64,000 nucleotides of DNA from an uncultured Planctomycetaceae bacterium (GTDB taxonomy: Bacteria > Planctomycetota > UBA8742 > UBA2392 > JABWBM01): NCBI GenBank assembly GCA_964548115.1, contig CAZJPQ010000016.1, forward strand, positions 4,591-68,590, given 5' to 3'. Positions within the stretch are counted from its first letter, which is position 1, and each line of letters begins with the position of its first letter. The notes beneath the pieces are model-generated. The model saw nothing but the letters and a program-made list of their open reading frames with translations, did not search any database and was not told the origin of the DNA. The translations under genes and the position numbers were made by a program. Positions 8,091 to 18,554 of the stretch are shown piece by piece.

Positions 8091-11000
8091 GTGGAAAATC
8101 AGTTGGCCTCTGAGGCAGACCTTATTTTTGTGTTGTTAGCGTTACAGCTTGGGTTTATTCGCTCAGAAGAATTAATCGAAGCTGGAGCTATTTGCGTGAC
8201 GGATCCCCAAAAAAGTATTCGCGAAGAACTGCTTGCGCGTGAAATGATTGAAGAAAATCATGCGCAAATGCTCCAACAGCTTGTTCGTGAGCATATGGAA
8301 AAACGGTCTCACTTTCACAAAGAAGAGAGCCCACACAAAGAAGAAATCGCAACTGAAGGCTTTAATCTAGAAATAAAAGCCTTCAAGGACAACACGCAAC
8401 AAAACTTTCAAGAGTCAAGCCATGAAATACTTGAGAAAGAACCTTCCTCCCAGGATATTTCAAAACCGCAGGAACACCATGCAAGTGAAGGGTTTGAACT
8501 TGAGCTGCTTCCTCCAGGAAGTGAATCCCAAAAGCCCAAAAAGAAGCGTTCAAATACATTAGGCTTTTTTGCACCTGTCAAAAAAACACAAGGATCAAAA
8601 ACGCCTCAAGATAAGTCTGAAAATGCTTCATCATCTTTTTTTGCGGCTTTTCCAGGAAGTGAAACTCCTTCCGGAGGAGAAGAAAGTTCAACGTTAGTCC
8701 GATCTCACAACAGTAGCCAGGCTAAAACGCTTCCTCACAAACACAGCTTCAACCGTACAAAACGGCCAACAGATCTTGGAGAACGTTACCTTGTTCGTAG
8801 AGAAATTGGTCGAGGGGGTATTGCCCGAGTTTGGCTTGCCCACGATCAAAACATGAATAGAGATGTGGCGGTAAAAGAACTTTTAAGTGCTTCTTTGAAA
8901 GAAAAGCGAGGTACCCACGCCAGCCATACAGCAAGCTCAAGCGAACGCCGTTTTTTACGAGAAGCTCGTTTGACAGGAAAACTTGAGCATCCTGGGATTA
9001 TTCCTATTTATGAAATAGGAGAACGCCCAGATGGTAGTAGTTATTACACCATGAAATTTGTGCGAGGAGAGCCTCTTTCCAAGATTATTAAAAGGCTAAA
9101 TGAATCGACAAGTCTCAGTGCTGATAAACAGCGTCGAGAACGTTTAAAACTTATCTCTGTTCTTATTGATGTCTGCGATGCCATTGCTTATGCCAATAAG
9201 CAGGGCGTTGTCCACAGGGATCTCAAACCACATAATATTATGGTTGGGGAGTTTGGTGAGACTCTTGTACTTGACTGGGGTATGGCCAAAGATCTTTATG
9301 ATGAAGACTCAATAGCAAACGAAGAGCTTGAAGAGCGTATTGATATGCTTGGGTCAATTTCTGATTCAGATGCTCATCAAGAACGGGGTTCTTCTCTAAC
9401 CGTAGGCGGGGAAATCCTTGGTACTCCTGCTTATATGTCTCCAGAGCAGGCAGATGGAAATTTTGATCAAATTGATCAAGTCAGTGATGTCTATGGTCTT
9501 GGGGCTATTCTCTATGAAATTTTAACTGGGTATCCCCCTTATTATCCTATTCGTTCTCCCTACTCTCTGCTTGAAAAACTTCGTTCTCGTGTTCAACCAG
9601 ATAATTTAGCGGATAAGCATTCTGAACTCGCTCCTGATTTAATCAGTATTTGCCAAAAAGCTATGATGATGGAGCGAAAAGAACGCTATCAAAATGCAGA
9701 AGCACTTGGCAAGGATTTACAACGCTGGCGAGAAGGTCGCCCCGTATCAGTTCATCAATATTCAACTCTTCAGGCTACCAAACGCTTTATACTAAGAAAC
9801 AAAACTGTTGTTGGAGTTGGAGCTTCTGCCTGTGTCTTGATGGTTCTGACAGTCATCTTGCTCTTACAGTATTTTGAGGCTCAGCGTCAAGATGATGCTG
9901 AAGAACTGGTTGCTGGAGCAGAGGTTCTTTTTAGCAAAGATGATCTTTATAAAGCTCAAATCTCAGTCAATAAGGCGCTTGCACTTGTGCCAGAGTACGC
10001 AGAGGCACAAGCGCTTCAACGCGAAATAGCGAGTGCTGTCGGTAAACTTGAAGACGAAAAAAAAATAGCGCTTGAAAACCTCCGTAAAAGTCGAGATCAG
10101 GCAAAACATGAAGCACAAAATGCTTTTAAAGCCGAACAAATTGCAAGGCGAGAAAGACAAGAAGCTGTGCAGGCTCGAAAAGAAGCGGAATTAGCAAAAC
10201 AAAAAGCAGAGGATGCTCAAGCCCAGCAGCGAGTGTTAGCAAAAGAAATGGAAGAACGAGCTTTCGAGCTGGAACGAGCCCAACTTGTTCGAGCAGAGAG
10301 GCTTTTTGCACTTGGTAAAAATAAGACTCAAAAAGGTGAACATGAAGAAGGTCTGCGCTTGATGCTTGAGTCGTTGGCTTTGTACGTTAATCCCGAGGCT
10401 CAACTGGAACGAGCTCAAGCTATTGCTGAACTGTCTCCTCCACGCCTTCGTCTCGGAAGTTACGGAGCTCCTCAGGAAATCGAGGCTTTAGCATCAGCAG
10501 CTTCGTTCGTAGCCTTTGGAGATTCTACAGGCAAAGTTTTTTTGTACAACTTTGATGAGCCTGATTTAAGTTTTCCGATCATTCACGAGAGCGATTCAAT
10601 GGTGTCTGCCCTTGCGCTTTCGCCTCAAGCAAAACACCTGCTTGTTGCTTATGGTGACAACAGTATCCGACTTTTCAAGGTTGGCGATTTTAATACTCTT
10701 TATTCGGATTTTTCTTTTCAAAACACTTCTCTATGGAATGAAAAACTTGCTCTTGCCTGGAATTCTCAGGGAAGTACTTTTGCCTATGCAAACAAAGCAG
10801 ATCAAATCCAACTTGTAGACATCAATAATTTTTATGAGAGAAAAAGCTTGCTGTCTATCGAATTAACAGAAGCAGAAAGTATTCAAGGCATCTGTTTTGC
10901 TGGGAAAAATGAACAAAGCTTGCTGGTTTCAACGAATAAGGAGCTGAAGCATTATCGGATAGAAGGTGGTTTGGGTAGAGAGAGCGAGGCGGAGGAGGGA

Positions 11001-14000
11001 AAAACGCCTGGATTTCGATACGCAGGAATTCTTGAAAAAAGTGACGAGGGTACAGAAATCATTGCCTTTGAGAGCCACCCTGCAGCTCCCTTTTTCTCCC
11101 TTGTTTACAGTAATGGAAAACTTCAACTTTATGACAAGGAGCACTTTGCTCTTCAACAAGAGGTTATTTTGCCCGTTGATTTTCCTCTTACCTCTTATGA
11201 TTTGGAAGGTCCTGCTTTTTCGCACTCAGGTGATAAGCTAAGCCTCTGCATCATAAACCAGGGGGCTTTTTTAATTGATCTTGAGTCAGAAGAAGTGCAC
11301 CAGCATTTTATAAAAGAGACATGGAACACTCCATCGATCTGTTTTACTCCGGATTCGCAAGGCCTCATTTTTTCAAGTATTTCTTCCTATGACAGTTTTG
11401 AACCAGTATTGAGCATCAGAGCAGTGGATGACTTTTCGCTGCTTACTCAAAGTACCCTGTCTTCTTATGCTTCTATAAGCAAGCTTGCATTAAGTCCCAA
11501 TGATCGGTGGACTTCTGCAGGTTATAGCTCAGGCTTACTAAGACTTTGGGAAACAAGCAGTGGAGAAGAGCAAGCGCGTCTTTCGATGAGAGAAGAAGTG
11601 AGCGCTATGACTTTTTCGGAGGATGAACAATACTTTGCTGCTGGTAGTATAAATGGAGAGGTGAAAATTTGGAAGTGTGAGGATGGAGAGCTTCAAACTC
11701 GCTTCAAAATAAACAATACGAAAATTGCTCAACTTGTTTTTGCACAAGAATCAAATTTACTCTTTATTGCTTCTGAAGACGGCGTTATTCAGGTTTGGAA
11801 GGTACGTGAAAATGGTACATTGCTGAAGAAGCCTGTATTTCTTGATATGGTTTGGTTTCAAACGGGGACTTTGGCTGCTTTTAGTTTTTCTGCTCATAAA
11901 AATATTGTCGTGGCTTCAAGTTCTGAAGGAGAGCTTCTGCTTTGGTCTCTTTCAGAGCGTGGCGAGCTTATTGCAGACGGCACGCTTGAGCGCCCACTTC
12001 AAAACCCTGATAGTAATGTGATGGAGCTCGAATCCCATCAAGATCGTGGCTTAGAGAAAGGACTACTGAGCGGGAGTGACATGGAGCATGACCAAGAGGT
12101 GGGGCACTTCTCTAAGGTCCGTTTTCTTTGTGTCCCAGATGAAAGCCAAAACCTTATTGGTGATGTCTTTGGCGCACTCGAGGATGGACGTATCGTTTGT
12201 TGGTCTCTGGAAAGCAGGCTTATTTTGAAGGATACTATTTTTGAATATTCAAAATATCTGCCACAGGTTTCTAAAACAGAAAAGCCCGCTCCTCCAAAAA
12301 ATAACCCCTCTGATAGCTTGAAAAATTCAAAAAGTGAAACATCTCCGAACCAATCCTTAAGAGCAGATTTTAACGCCATCGAGGTGTTTAATCGGCATTT
12401 GCTGGTTTCTTATGATCTTTTCAAGGAGAACTCAGGAGTCGACAGCTGGCAAATTCCTGAAGCATTAACACAAAAACTTGTTTTTATCAATATTGCAAAA
12501 CCTGCGACTTTGCAGCATCACTTTGAGGAAAGTAAATCTGAAAAGTCGGCTCAAGAAAGCTTTTTTCAGAGATTCAACAGTTCTTTGAACAGCTTAAGTG
12601 CGTTCAATGGTTTGCTGGGGGTTGGGGCCAGAAGTTTTGTTATTGGACGACCTTATGATGCGATGAATCTCTATGACCTGGAGCTTGAGGAGCAGGACAT
12701 TTTACATATGCTTGAGGGGCAAGATAAAAAAACAGGCTATGCTTTAATTGGAGAACAGGCGGTTCCAAGCACAACTTTTTCCCATGCTTTCCAGGGTTTT
12801 GATTCCTGGAAGAATGCTTCTGATAGCATCTTGGAGCAATTAGAAGAAAAACTTCCCGATGGTTTTAAGACAAGATTTTTAAGTTACTACCTCTTTGATA
12901 GAGCCTTTTATAATTATTGGCATAGTGATCAAAATCAAGAGAACTCAAACCAGGTTCTTCAAGCCCTTGAAGAACTTTGCCAGCATTATCCCTTCTTTGC
13001 TCATGTTCACGCGCGAGCTCAAGGTCAAAAGCTTCTTTTTGATATGCATGAAAAAGGTTTCCTTGAGACAGATATCAAGGACAGGCTTCAACGAATTCTT
13101 GAAAGAGGCTTTCCTCCCGGCAGTGCAGAAGACCTTTATGCTTTTGCAAGTACAAAACGAGAAGACTATCGTTATTCTTTTGATGCTTCAGATGCCCAAA
13201 TCGCAATTCAATATTTTAAAGAGGCAATAGGGCTTCAGCCTTCCATGGCTCTTGCCAAGCGAGATCTTGGTTTATTATATCTTGAGCTTAAAGATTATGA
13301 CCAAAGCCTTCATTGGCTAAGCGAAGCCCAAAGCGCTATTCCCAAGGATACACTTATTCGGGCTTCACTTGCCCAGTGTTATTATCAGTTTGGTCATACG
13401 GCGGAAGCGGACGCACTTTTTGTTGGTATTGATATTGAGAATAACACCTGGTCGTTGCCCTCGGAGGTTGTTTCGAGCTATTGGGCTATTCAAGGTCGGA
13501 AGATGCTTGAGAAGAAAGAATTTCTTCAGGCAAGTGAATTCTTAGAGAAAGCCATAGAACATGATGAGTATGTTGGTTTTCTCAACGACGAAATTTATGC
13601 CCTGTTGGCTCAGGCTTATGCTCAAGCGGGGACTCCTCTTAAAGGAATTAAGAACTTAAGCAAGGTCATTGAAAAGCTTGAAGGAAGAAACTTGCCTCAG
13701 GAAACGCAGAGTCCTGAGCTTCAGGAAGAGCTTGCTGAATGGTATCTTTTAAGGGCTGAAATACGTTTCGAGGTAGGGCATTATGCCGCTACTCTTAGGG
13801 ACTGCGAACTTCTGCTTCAAGGAGACTCTCCTCAAAAACCTAAGGCTCAAGCGTTTTCTCAAAAAGCAAAGAAACTTTTAGAAGAAAAGGTCGATTCTTC
13901 TGCATTGCCTTTGGAAAGCGATCTTGATTATGCTGGAGATTTTCCCCTCACATTTTTGCCTCTTTTTGTGCAGGAGCTTTATCAAGAACAAGCTGAAGAT

Positions 14001-15101
14001 TCAAATGCATCAGGAGGCTACTATTACGGAGAAGAAGGGCTTTTGCGCCTGCTTTTTCAAGGACTTGAAGAAAGCCGAGGGAACGACCTTTATTGGAGTC
14101 GGTTGTCAGAAAATGCTCGCCTGGCAGGAGAAGGTTACCTGAGAATGCGGCTTGTTTTTTATGGCTCGCGTCAGTGGTCCGATATTGACCGTAGCTCACA
14201 TATAAATTGGCTTAAAGAGTACGGCCAAAGTCCAGAGTTATTTATAGAGTTAGGATTAGACCTGATCGATGATTTTACAGGCTATTCCTATAATTATGCG
14301 GAAGGGTTCAAAAATTTTGAAGGTGTTTTTGAAATTTTAAACCAAGCGATAGGATTGGAAGGGGCTGACCAGGCTTTGAAGCGCTACCTTTTTGAGGACC
14401 AGCGTTTCCATACAATCAGGAAGGATGCTCGATACCAAAGTTTTGCCCAGGCAATTTTAGGGGAAAGATGGTGGAACTTTGATCCTGCTGCGATTACTCC
14501 AAAAGTTTTGCGGCTTGAAATTGAGCGCGTAAACAGGGAAGAGTTTGTGCAGGGAGAAACGACAAGTCTTGAGGTTATTGTGCTCGTAGAAAATCTTTTT
14601 AATTTCATTGATGAGAAATGCACTCAAGATCAGGAATGGTTGCTTCTTTCAGAAGCTCAACAAAATCGAATTATTGCAGATCTTCGCTACTCCATGATTT
14701 TAAATCTTGCTCAGAGTCAGCTTTACCTGGAAGCAATTGAAGAATCTCGCTGGATTCTTAATCATACCGATGTTCCTTATGCTCAAGAGCTTCACCTTAT
14801 GATTGCCAGCTATTATTATAATTTAAGCGAATCTGAAGTGTATTACAAGTATGAGGAAGCTGAAAGCTTTACAATTGAAGAAGAGCAAAGGTTGGAATGG
14901 GAAAAGAGTCTTTTCGACGAGCTTTTCCTTGCTTGGAAAAGGGGCAAAGATACTCCTTCAAGCTTAAAAGCTTTTGTGAATGACCAACGCTTTGTTAATC
15001 TTCATCAAGATCAGCGTTGGCTTGATATACTTGAAGGAAAAGATCCAGCTGCTAAGGAAGATAATATACCTGAAACGGAAGAACGAGAAGCAGACTATTA
15101 A
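8091..15101 (+). CDS. Giant transmembrane eukaryotic-like Ser/Thr protein kinase (2336 aa). Domain order: N-terminal domain, Hanks kinase, TM helix, coiled coil, WD40 beta-propeller, TPR arrays.
   Basis: Kinase subdomains are present: GRGGIARVW (G-loop), VAVKEL (Lys), HRDLKPHNIM (catalytic loop), DWGMAKD (DFG-like), GTPAYMSPEQ (APE). They span about nt 8787-9750. A TM helix VVGVGASACVLMVLTVILLL lies at about nt 9808-9870. Next comes a KAE-rich coiled coil, then WD40-like repeats (GDNSIRLFKV, GEVKIWKCEDG, DGVIQVWKV), then long TPR-like helical repeats. GTG start after GGAGAAG; the exact start is uncertain. Confidence 0.85.
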   Translation: MENQLASEADLIFVLLALQLGFIRSEELIEAGAICVTDPQKSIREELLAREMIEENHAQMLQQLVREHMEKRSHFHKEESPHKEEIATEGFNLEIKAFKDNTQQNFQESSHEILEKEPSSQDISKPQEHHASEGFELELLPPGSESQKPKKKRSNTLGFFAPVKKTQGSKTPQDKSENASSSFFAAFPGSETPSGGEESSTLVRSHNSSQAKTLPHKHSFNRTKRPTDLGERYLVRREIGRGGIARVWLAHDQNMNRDVAVKELLSASLKEKRGTHASHTASSSERRFLREARLTGKLEHPGIIPIYEIGERPDGSSYYTMKFVRGEPLSKIIKRLNESTSLSADKQRRERLKLISVLIDVCDAIAYANKQGVVHRDLKPHNIMVGEFGETLVLDWGMAKDLYDEDSIANEELEERIDMLGSISDSDAHQERGSSLTVGGEILGTPAYMSPEQADGNFDQIDQVSDVYGLGAILYEILTGYPPYYPIRSPYSLLEKLRSRVQPDNLADKHSELAPDLISICQKAMMMERKERYQNAEALGKDLQRWREGRPVSVHQYSTLQATKRFILRNKTVVGVGASACVLMVLTVILLLQYFEAQRQDDAEELVAGAEVLFSKDDLYKAQISVNKALALVPEYAEAQALQREIASAVGKLEDEKKIALENLRKSRDQAKHEAQNAFKAEQIARRERQEAVQARKEAELAKQKAEDAQAQQRVLAKEMEERAFELERAQLVRAERLFALGKNKTQKGEHEEGLRLMLESLALYVNPEAQLERAQAIAELSPPRLRLGSYGAPQEIEALASAASFVAFGDSTGKVFLYNFDEPDLSFPIIHESDSMVSALALSPQAKHLLVAYGDNSIRLFKVGDFNTLYSDFSFQNTSLWNEKLALAWNSQGSTFAYANKADQIQLVDINNFYERKSLLSIELTEAESIQGICFAGKNEQSLLVSTNKELKHYRIEGGLGRESEAEEGKTPGFRYAGILEKSDEGTEIIAFESHPAAPFFSLVYSNGKLQLYDKEHFALQQEVILPVDFPLTSYDLEGPAFSHSGDKLSLCIINQGAFLIDLESEEVHQHFIKETWNTPSICFTPDSQGLIFSSISSYDSFEPVLSIRAVDDFSLLTQSTLSSYASISKLALSPNDRWTSAGYSSGLLRLWETSSGEEQARLSMREEVSAMTFSEDEQYFAAGSINGEVKIWKCEDGELQTRFKINNTKIAQLVFAQESNLLFIASEDGVIQVWKVRENGTLLKKPVFLDMVWFQTGTLAAFSFSAHKNIVVASSSEGELLLWSLSERGELIADGTLERPLQNPDSNVMELESHQDRGLEKGLLSGSDMEHDQEVGHFSKVRFLCVPDESQNLIGDVFGALEDGRIVCWSLESRLILKDTIFEYSKYLPQVSKTEKPAPPKNNPSDSLKNSKSETSPNQSLRADFNAIEVFNRHLLVSYDLFKENSGVDSWQIPEALTQKLVFINIAKPATLQHHFEESKSEKSAQESFFQRFNSSLNSLSAFNGLLGVGARSFVIGRPYDAMNLYDLELEEQDILHMLEGQDKKTGYALIGEQAVPSTTFSHAFQGFDSWKNASDSILEQLEEKLPDGFKTRFLSYYLFDRAFYNYWHSDQNQENSNQVLQALEELCQHYPFFAHVHARAQGQKLLFDMHEKGFLETDIKDRLQRILERGFPPGSAEDLYAFASTKREDYRYSFDASDAQIAIQYFKEAIGLQPSMALAKRDLGLLYLELKDYDQSLHWLSEAQSAIPKDTLIRASLAQCYYQFGHTAEADALFVGIDIENNTWSLPSEVVSSYWAIQGRKMLEKKEFLQASEFLEKAIEHDEYVGFLNDEIYALLAQAYAQAGTPLKGIKNLSKVIEKLEGRNLPQETQSPELQEELAEWYLLRAEIRFEVGHYAATLRDCELLLQGDSPQKPKAQAFSQKAKKLLEEKVDSSALPLESDLDYAGDFPLTFLPLFVQELYQEQAEDSNASGGYYYGEEGLLRLLFQGLEESRGNDLYWSRLSENARLAGEGYLRMRLVFYGSRQWSDIDRSSHINWLKEYGQSPELFIELGLDLIDDFTGYSYNYAEGFKNFEGVFEILNQAIGLEGADQALKRYLFEDQRFHTIRKDARYQSFAQAILGERWWNFDPAAITPKVLRLEIERVNREEFVQGETTSLEVIVLVENLFNFIDEKCTQDQEWLLLSEAQQNRIIADLRYSMILNLAQSQLYLEAIEESRWILNHTDVPYAQELHLMIASYYYNLSESEVYYKYEEAESFTIEEEQRLEWEKSLFDELFLAWKRGKDTPSSLKAFVNDQRFVNLHQDQRWLDILEGKDPAAKEDNIPETEEREADY

Positions 15102-15206
15102 AAAATAGTTATGGAAGTGTTTGGAGCAAAAAATAATTCGTGTTATTTATGCTTCTAGAAGTTTTTTATCTCTTGAAAACGGTTTTATTGAAAGTGAAGA
15201 AAAGCT

Positions 15207-15587
15207 ATGCCAGAGGTTCCCAAGCCTGAAGATTTTCCACACGTACCACGTGCTCAACGGGATGATCAAATCGATGTCTTTGAATTAAAAGAACGTCTTA
15301 ACCGTGGTGAAGCTCCGATGGTGCTTGATATCCGCGAAGGTTATGAACTTGAAATTTGTGAGCTTGAAGTTTGCAAACACCTTCCTCTTTCTCGTTTCAA
15401 TGAGGAATATCAGAATCTGCTTGGGGATAAGAAAGAAGAAGAGTTGATTCTGCTGTGTCGCTCTGGTGCTCGTACTGCTCAGCTTCAGGTATTCTTAAAG
15501 TCCCAGGGGTATACACAAACCCGTAATCTGGTTGGTGGTATTCTTGCTTGGGCTGAAGCTATTGACCCCAGCCTTCAAAAGTATTAG
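15207..15587 (+). CDS. Rhodanese-like domain protein (sulfurtransferase-like)
   Basis: VLDIREGYELE...LLCRSGARTAQ...GGILAW is the rhodanese fold pattern, with the active-site Cys in CRSGAR. Confidence 0.7.
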   Translation: MPEVPKPEDFPHVPRAQRDDQIDVFELKERLNRGEAPMVLDIREGYELEICELEVCKHLPLSRFNEEYQNLLGDKKEEELILLCRSGARTAQLQVFLKSQGYTQTRNLVGGILAWAEAIDPSLQKY

Positions 15588-15803
15588 GAAGACGAGCTCT
15601 CTTCAAGGTGTTGGTCATAATTTTCACGCCCAAAAATTTTATAAAGGGAATTTTTTATAAAAAAACAGTTTTTGTTATTGTTTAAAAATATAGAATAGTA
15701 TAAATAGTAAGCGTTCGGTCTTCTTGGAAGAATCAAGAAGGATAAAAGCCGAAAATCCTGAGCACGGATGCTTGGGAAATAAACAAAGGTTAGAGGGGAA
15801 TTT

Positions 15804-16190
15804 ATGTCTACTTACCACTTTGGGGCGATTGCCCCGGAGCGGGCTATGGATAGCCTGGCTTCTCAAAGAATTTCTTCACGTTTTTCACGTCAACAAACTT
15901 CTAAATTTCACTTCGCTGATGGAGAGGCACGAGAAGGTGCGCTTTCAGTTCTTCGTTCGCGTATTACTGAGCTTGAAGTGAAGCTTGCTGCTTTTTCAAG
16001 ACAATCTCAGACTGTTCCAGCAAGTGATGTTGTTCGTTTGCGTGAAGATCTTAAAGCGCAACGAAAAGCGGCTTCAGTTCTTGAAGAGCAAACATTGCCA
16101 CAAGGCTTTGGTCCATTACCTTTCCAATACGAACAAAGCGCAGGTGCTATTGCACTCGGAGCTCCGAGTGCTGGAAGCCGTGTGTTTTAA
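15804..16190 (+). CDS. Hypothetical Arg-rich coiled-coil protein (128 aa) immediately upstream of the flagellin genes
   Basis: ORF with a GAGGGG RBS. No recognised family. Sits between an AT-rich promoter region and the flagellin genes. Confidence 0.5.
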   Translation: MSTYHFGAIAPERAMDSLASQRISSRFSRQQTSKFHFADGEAREGALSVLRSRITELEVKLAAFSRQSQTVPASDVVRLREDLKAQRKAASVLEEQTLPQGFGPLPFQYEQSAGAIALGAPSAGSRVF

Positions 16191-16326
16191 AAAACAATAA
16201 GCCATTGAGGGAGACCCTTGATGGGGTAGCTTTTCTTTTCAGTGTATGTCCTTTTTAAGGCAGCTGTAGAAGAGAGCGATTGTTACAAAGAGGGGAAGCT
16301 GTCACCCATTCAGACAGCAATGTGTG

Positions 16327-16346
16327 CTGGACAAAGGATTGTCCAG
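16327..16346 (+). promoter_or_regulatory. Perfect hairpin/palindrome CTGGACAA-AGGA-TTGTCCAG in the leader of flagellin 1, with GGA in the loop
   Basis: 8-bp perfect arms with a 4-nt AGGA loop. It lies about 10 nt upstream of the AGAGGGA Shine-Dalgarno. This is the CsrA-site architecture, or alternatively a dimeric transcription-factor operator. Confidence 0.3.
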
Positions 16347-16371
16347 TTGATAACAAGAGGGATCTTATATT

Positions 16372-18012
16372 ATGCCAATGTCTCCAATTACTGGAACAAC
16401 CGGTGACCCAGTCTTCCGGGCACAAAACAATTCTATCAACCAAATTCGTCGTTTTACTCGCGTTGCTTCAGATGCAGGTTTAAAGTTAAACAACCAGGAG
16501 CGGATTGTGAACCCTGGTGATGATGCTTTAGCTTTTCAAGCTTCACGTCGAATCCGTTCAGACATCGCATCTCTTAAAGTTGTGACTGAAACGGCTCAAT
16601 TAAATGTCACAGGTATTGGAATTGCTATTGACGGACTCGAATCTGTCAAATCTCAGCTTGACTTAATTAAGAAGACATTTATTCAAGCTCAAGCTTCAAC
16701 CGAAGATGAGCGTGATCTTTTGCAACAGCAAATTGATCTTGCTATTTCTTCAATTGATTCAACCGCAAACAACACAAAACTTGGTGGTCGTCGCCTTCTC
16801 AATGGTGATAGCAGCGTCCAGGCATTTCAATCAATCTCAAATGCCGGTGTGATTACTGAGTTTGCTGGAGTTTCTGGTGGTGCTTCACTTGGTGGTGCAT
16901 CTGGTATTATCAAAGTTAATATCAACAAGCTTGGGGTTGGTACTGCTGGAACAACAAAGACCTTAAACGATGGTCGTACTGTTCTGAGTATTAACGCAAG
17001 CATAGCAACATCTGGCCAACGTGCGGGCTTAGCCTATAATGTTGGTGGTGCTGCTGCTACTGATATCACAGTCTTCCGCGTTACTGGAAAACTTGGTTCT
17101 GCTACCCTTACAATAGCAAGCACTGGTATGAGCGTTGCGGAAGCTTCTGCTTTTAATGCCTTTGCAGAGCAAACGGGTGTTGTGCTTAACCGCAACAATG
17201 CCACGACAGCTCAACTGCAATCTATTGGTTTTACCAATGATGACTTTGTTAAGGTTGAAGTGCTTTCTGCAACCAACGCTACTACAGACTTTGGAAGTGC
17301 TGCTGCAGTTGGAGCTACAGCGGCAGCTTATGGTACAACTGGTACCGCAAGCTTTAACGGCCAAGCCGTGACTCTCAGTGGAGAGTATGGGCTTACAGCT
17401 CGTTTCCAAGAGAATGGTTTTGACATCGAAGTTGATTTTGGAGCAGCCACGGTCGGTGGTGTTAACGCTACGACAAACCGTACGTTAAACGTTGATCTCT
17501 CCAAAGGCATCACTGGTGTACTTGGTGTTGGTGGTGGACCTGGAGATGCCATTACTTATGGTATTGGTTCCTTCACAAGCGCAACTCTTGGTAAGGGAAC
17601 ACGTCTTTATTCTGTAAGTGAATCAACAGGTGTTTTCACTGTGGCCTCAGGAACTCAAAACAACTCCATTATCGGTGGAGATGCTATTGGAGATCTTGGT
17701 GGTGATGGTGCGCTCGCACTTGCAACTGGTAACACAAAAAGAGCGTTAGCAACACTTGATCGCGCTATTGATGAAATCGTAAGTGAACAAACCCGTTTGG
17801 GATTAGTACAGTCCTCCTTTATAGGGGCTATCAACAATGCAGAAATTTCCATTGGAAATCTTTCATCTGCAGATGCTGATATTATAGGTGTTGATGCGGC
17901 AACTGAGATTACAAACTTGATCCAAGCCCAGCTTGGTGTTTCAACTTCAAGTTCCGTGCTTTCTCAGACTAATGCTATTCAAGCCAACATCTTTAGTCTC
18001 TTGAGAGGGTAG
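16372..18012 (+). CDS. Flagellin (FliC/FlaA family, long form, 546 aa)
   Basis: N-terminal domain: QNNSINQIRR...QERIVNPGDDALAFQASRRIRSDIASL...IDSTANNTKLGGRRLLNG. C-terminal domain: NLSSADADIIGVDAATEITNLIQAQLGVSTSSSVLSQTNAIQANIFSLLRG, which aligns with the canonical flagellin end ...[48 protein letters not shown]. The variable middle is G/A/T-rich. The start could instead be the second ATG, 6 nt downstream. Confidence 0.85.
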   Translation: MPMSPITGTTGDPVFRAQNNSINQIRRFTRVASDAGLKLNNQERIVNPGDDALAFQASRRIRSDIASLKVVTETAQLNVTGIGIAIDGLESVKSQLDLIKKTFIQAQASTEDERDLLQQQIDLAISSIDSTANNTKLGGRRLLNGDSSVQAFQSISNAGVITEFAGVSGGASLGGASGIIKVNINKLGVGTAGTTKTLNDGRTVLSINASIATSGQRAGLAYNVGGAAATDITVFRVTGKLGSATLTIASTGMSVAEASAFNAFAEQTGVVLNRNNATTAQLQSIGFTNDDFVKVEVLSATNATTDFGSAAAVGATAAAYGTTGTASFNGQAVTLSGEYGLTARFQENGFDIEVDFGAATVGGVNATTNRTLNVDLSKGITGVLGVGGGPGDAITYGIGSFTSATLGKGTRLYSVSESTGVFTVASGTQNNSIIGGDAIGDLGGDGALALATGNTKRALATLDRAIDEIVSEQTRLGLVQSSFIGAINNAEISIGNLSSADADIIGVDAATEITNLIQAQLGVSTSSSVLSQTNAIQANIFSLLRG

Positions 18013-18079
18013 GGCTTTGAACTGAGGGGGGAAGTCCCCTTTAAGGTTCTTTGACTCTGGTGCTTTTGTAAAGACTCTT

Positions 18080-18133
18080 GTCTTGGGGTATTCTTTGGAT
18101 GCCCCAAGACGGGAAGTCTCTATTTTGTTTTTT
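18080..18133 (+). terminator. Rho-independent terminator after flagellin 1
   Basis: GTCTTGGGG-(13 nt)-CCCCAAGAC stem, followed by TATTTTGTTTTTT. Confidence 0.6.
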
Positions 18134-18554
18134 CTCCTATGAAATAAAGAAGAGTAACAATCAAAAAGGATTTAAACTTTTTGGTTTGAGGCTTTTGAAT
18201 TTCTAGAAGAAAAAGCGAAATAGACAAAAAGGTATTCCCCTTTTTGTTTCTTGAGGAATTGATTTTCAAGGTTCTTAATGAAAATTGGTTCTTTATTGTA
18301 AAGAACCATGGGGGAGTTCCAAAAGAAACGTTGCTTTACAAGCAATCAAAAACTCTTTTAGTTTTTGATTCAGAAAATGAAAGTAAACGTTAAGAGTAGT
18401 CTGTACTTTGCTTTGGGGCAAGGAAACCATGTTAAGGTTCTTTGAAGTGAAGAAGAGGGGGCTGCTCAAACTTTATGGTGCAAGGAAAGGGCGTAGGAGT
18501 TCTATGTTCTTTCTCATTCATAGCGGGAGGTCCGCTATGGTTTTGTCTTGTCAA

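Noticed and set aside
10126-10418. Antisense ORFs in the kinase coiled-coil region, and the 68-98-aa ORFs at 10612-11241
   Set aside because: They lie inside the uninterrupted kinase reading frame. They are products of the low-complexity K/A/E-rich coding sequence.
16290-16371. Sigma-28 (FliA) promoter upstream of flagellin 1 (TAAA-N15-GCCGATAA)
   Set aside because: The best candidate is GTTGATAA (6 of 8 matches), with a CAAA element only 11 nt upstream instead of 15. Too weak to call. Flagellin 2 has no better match.
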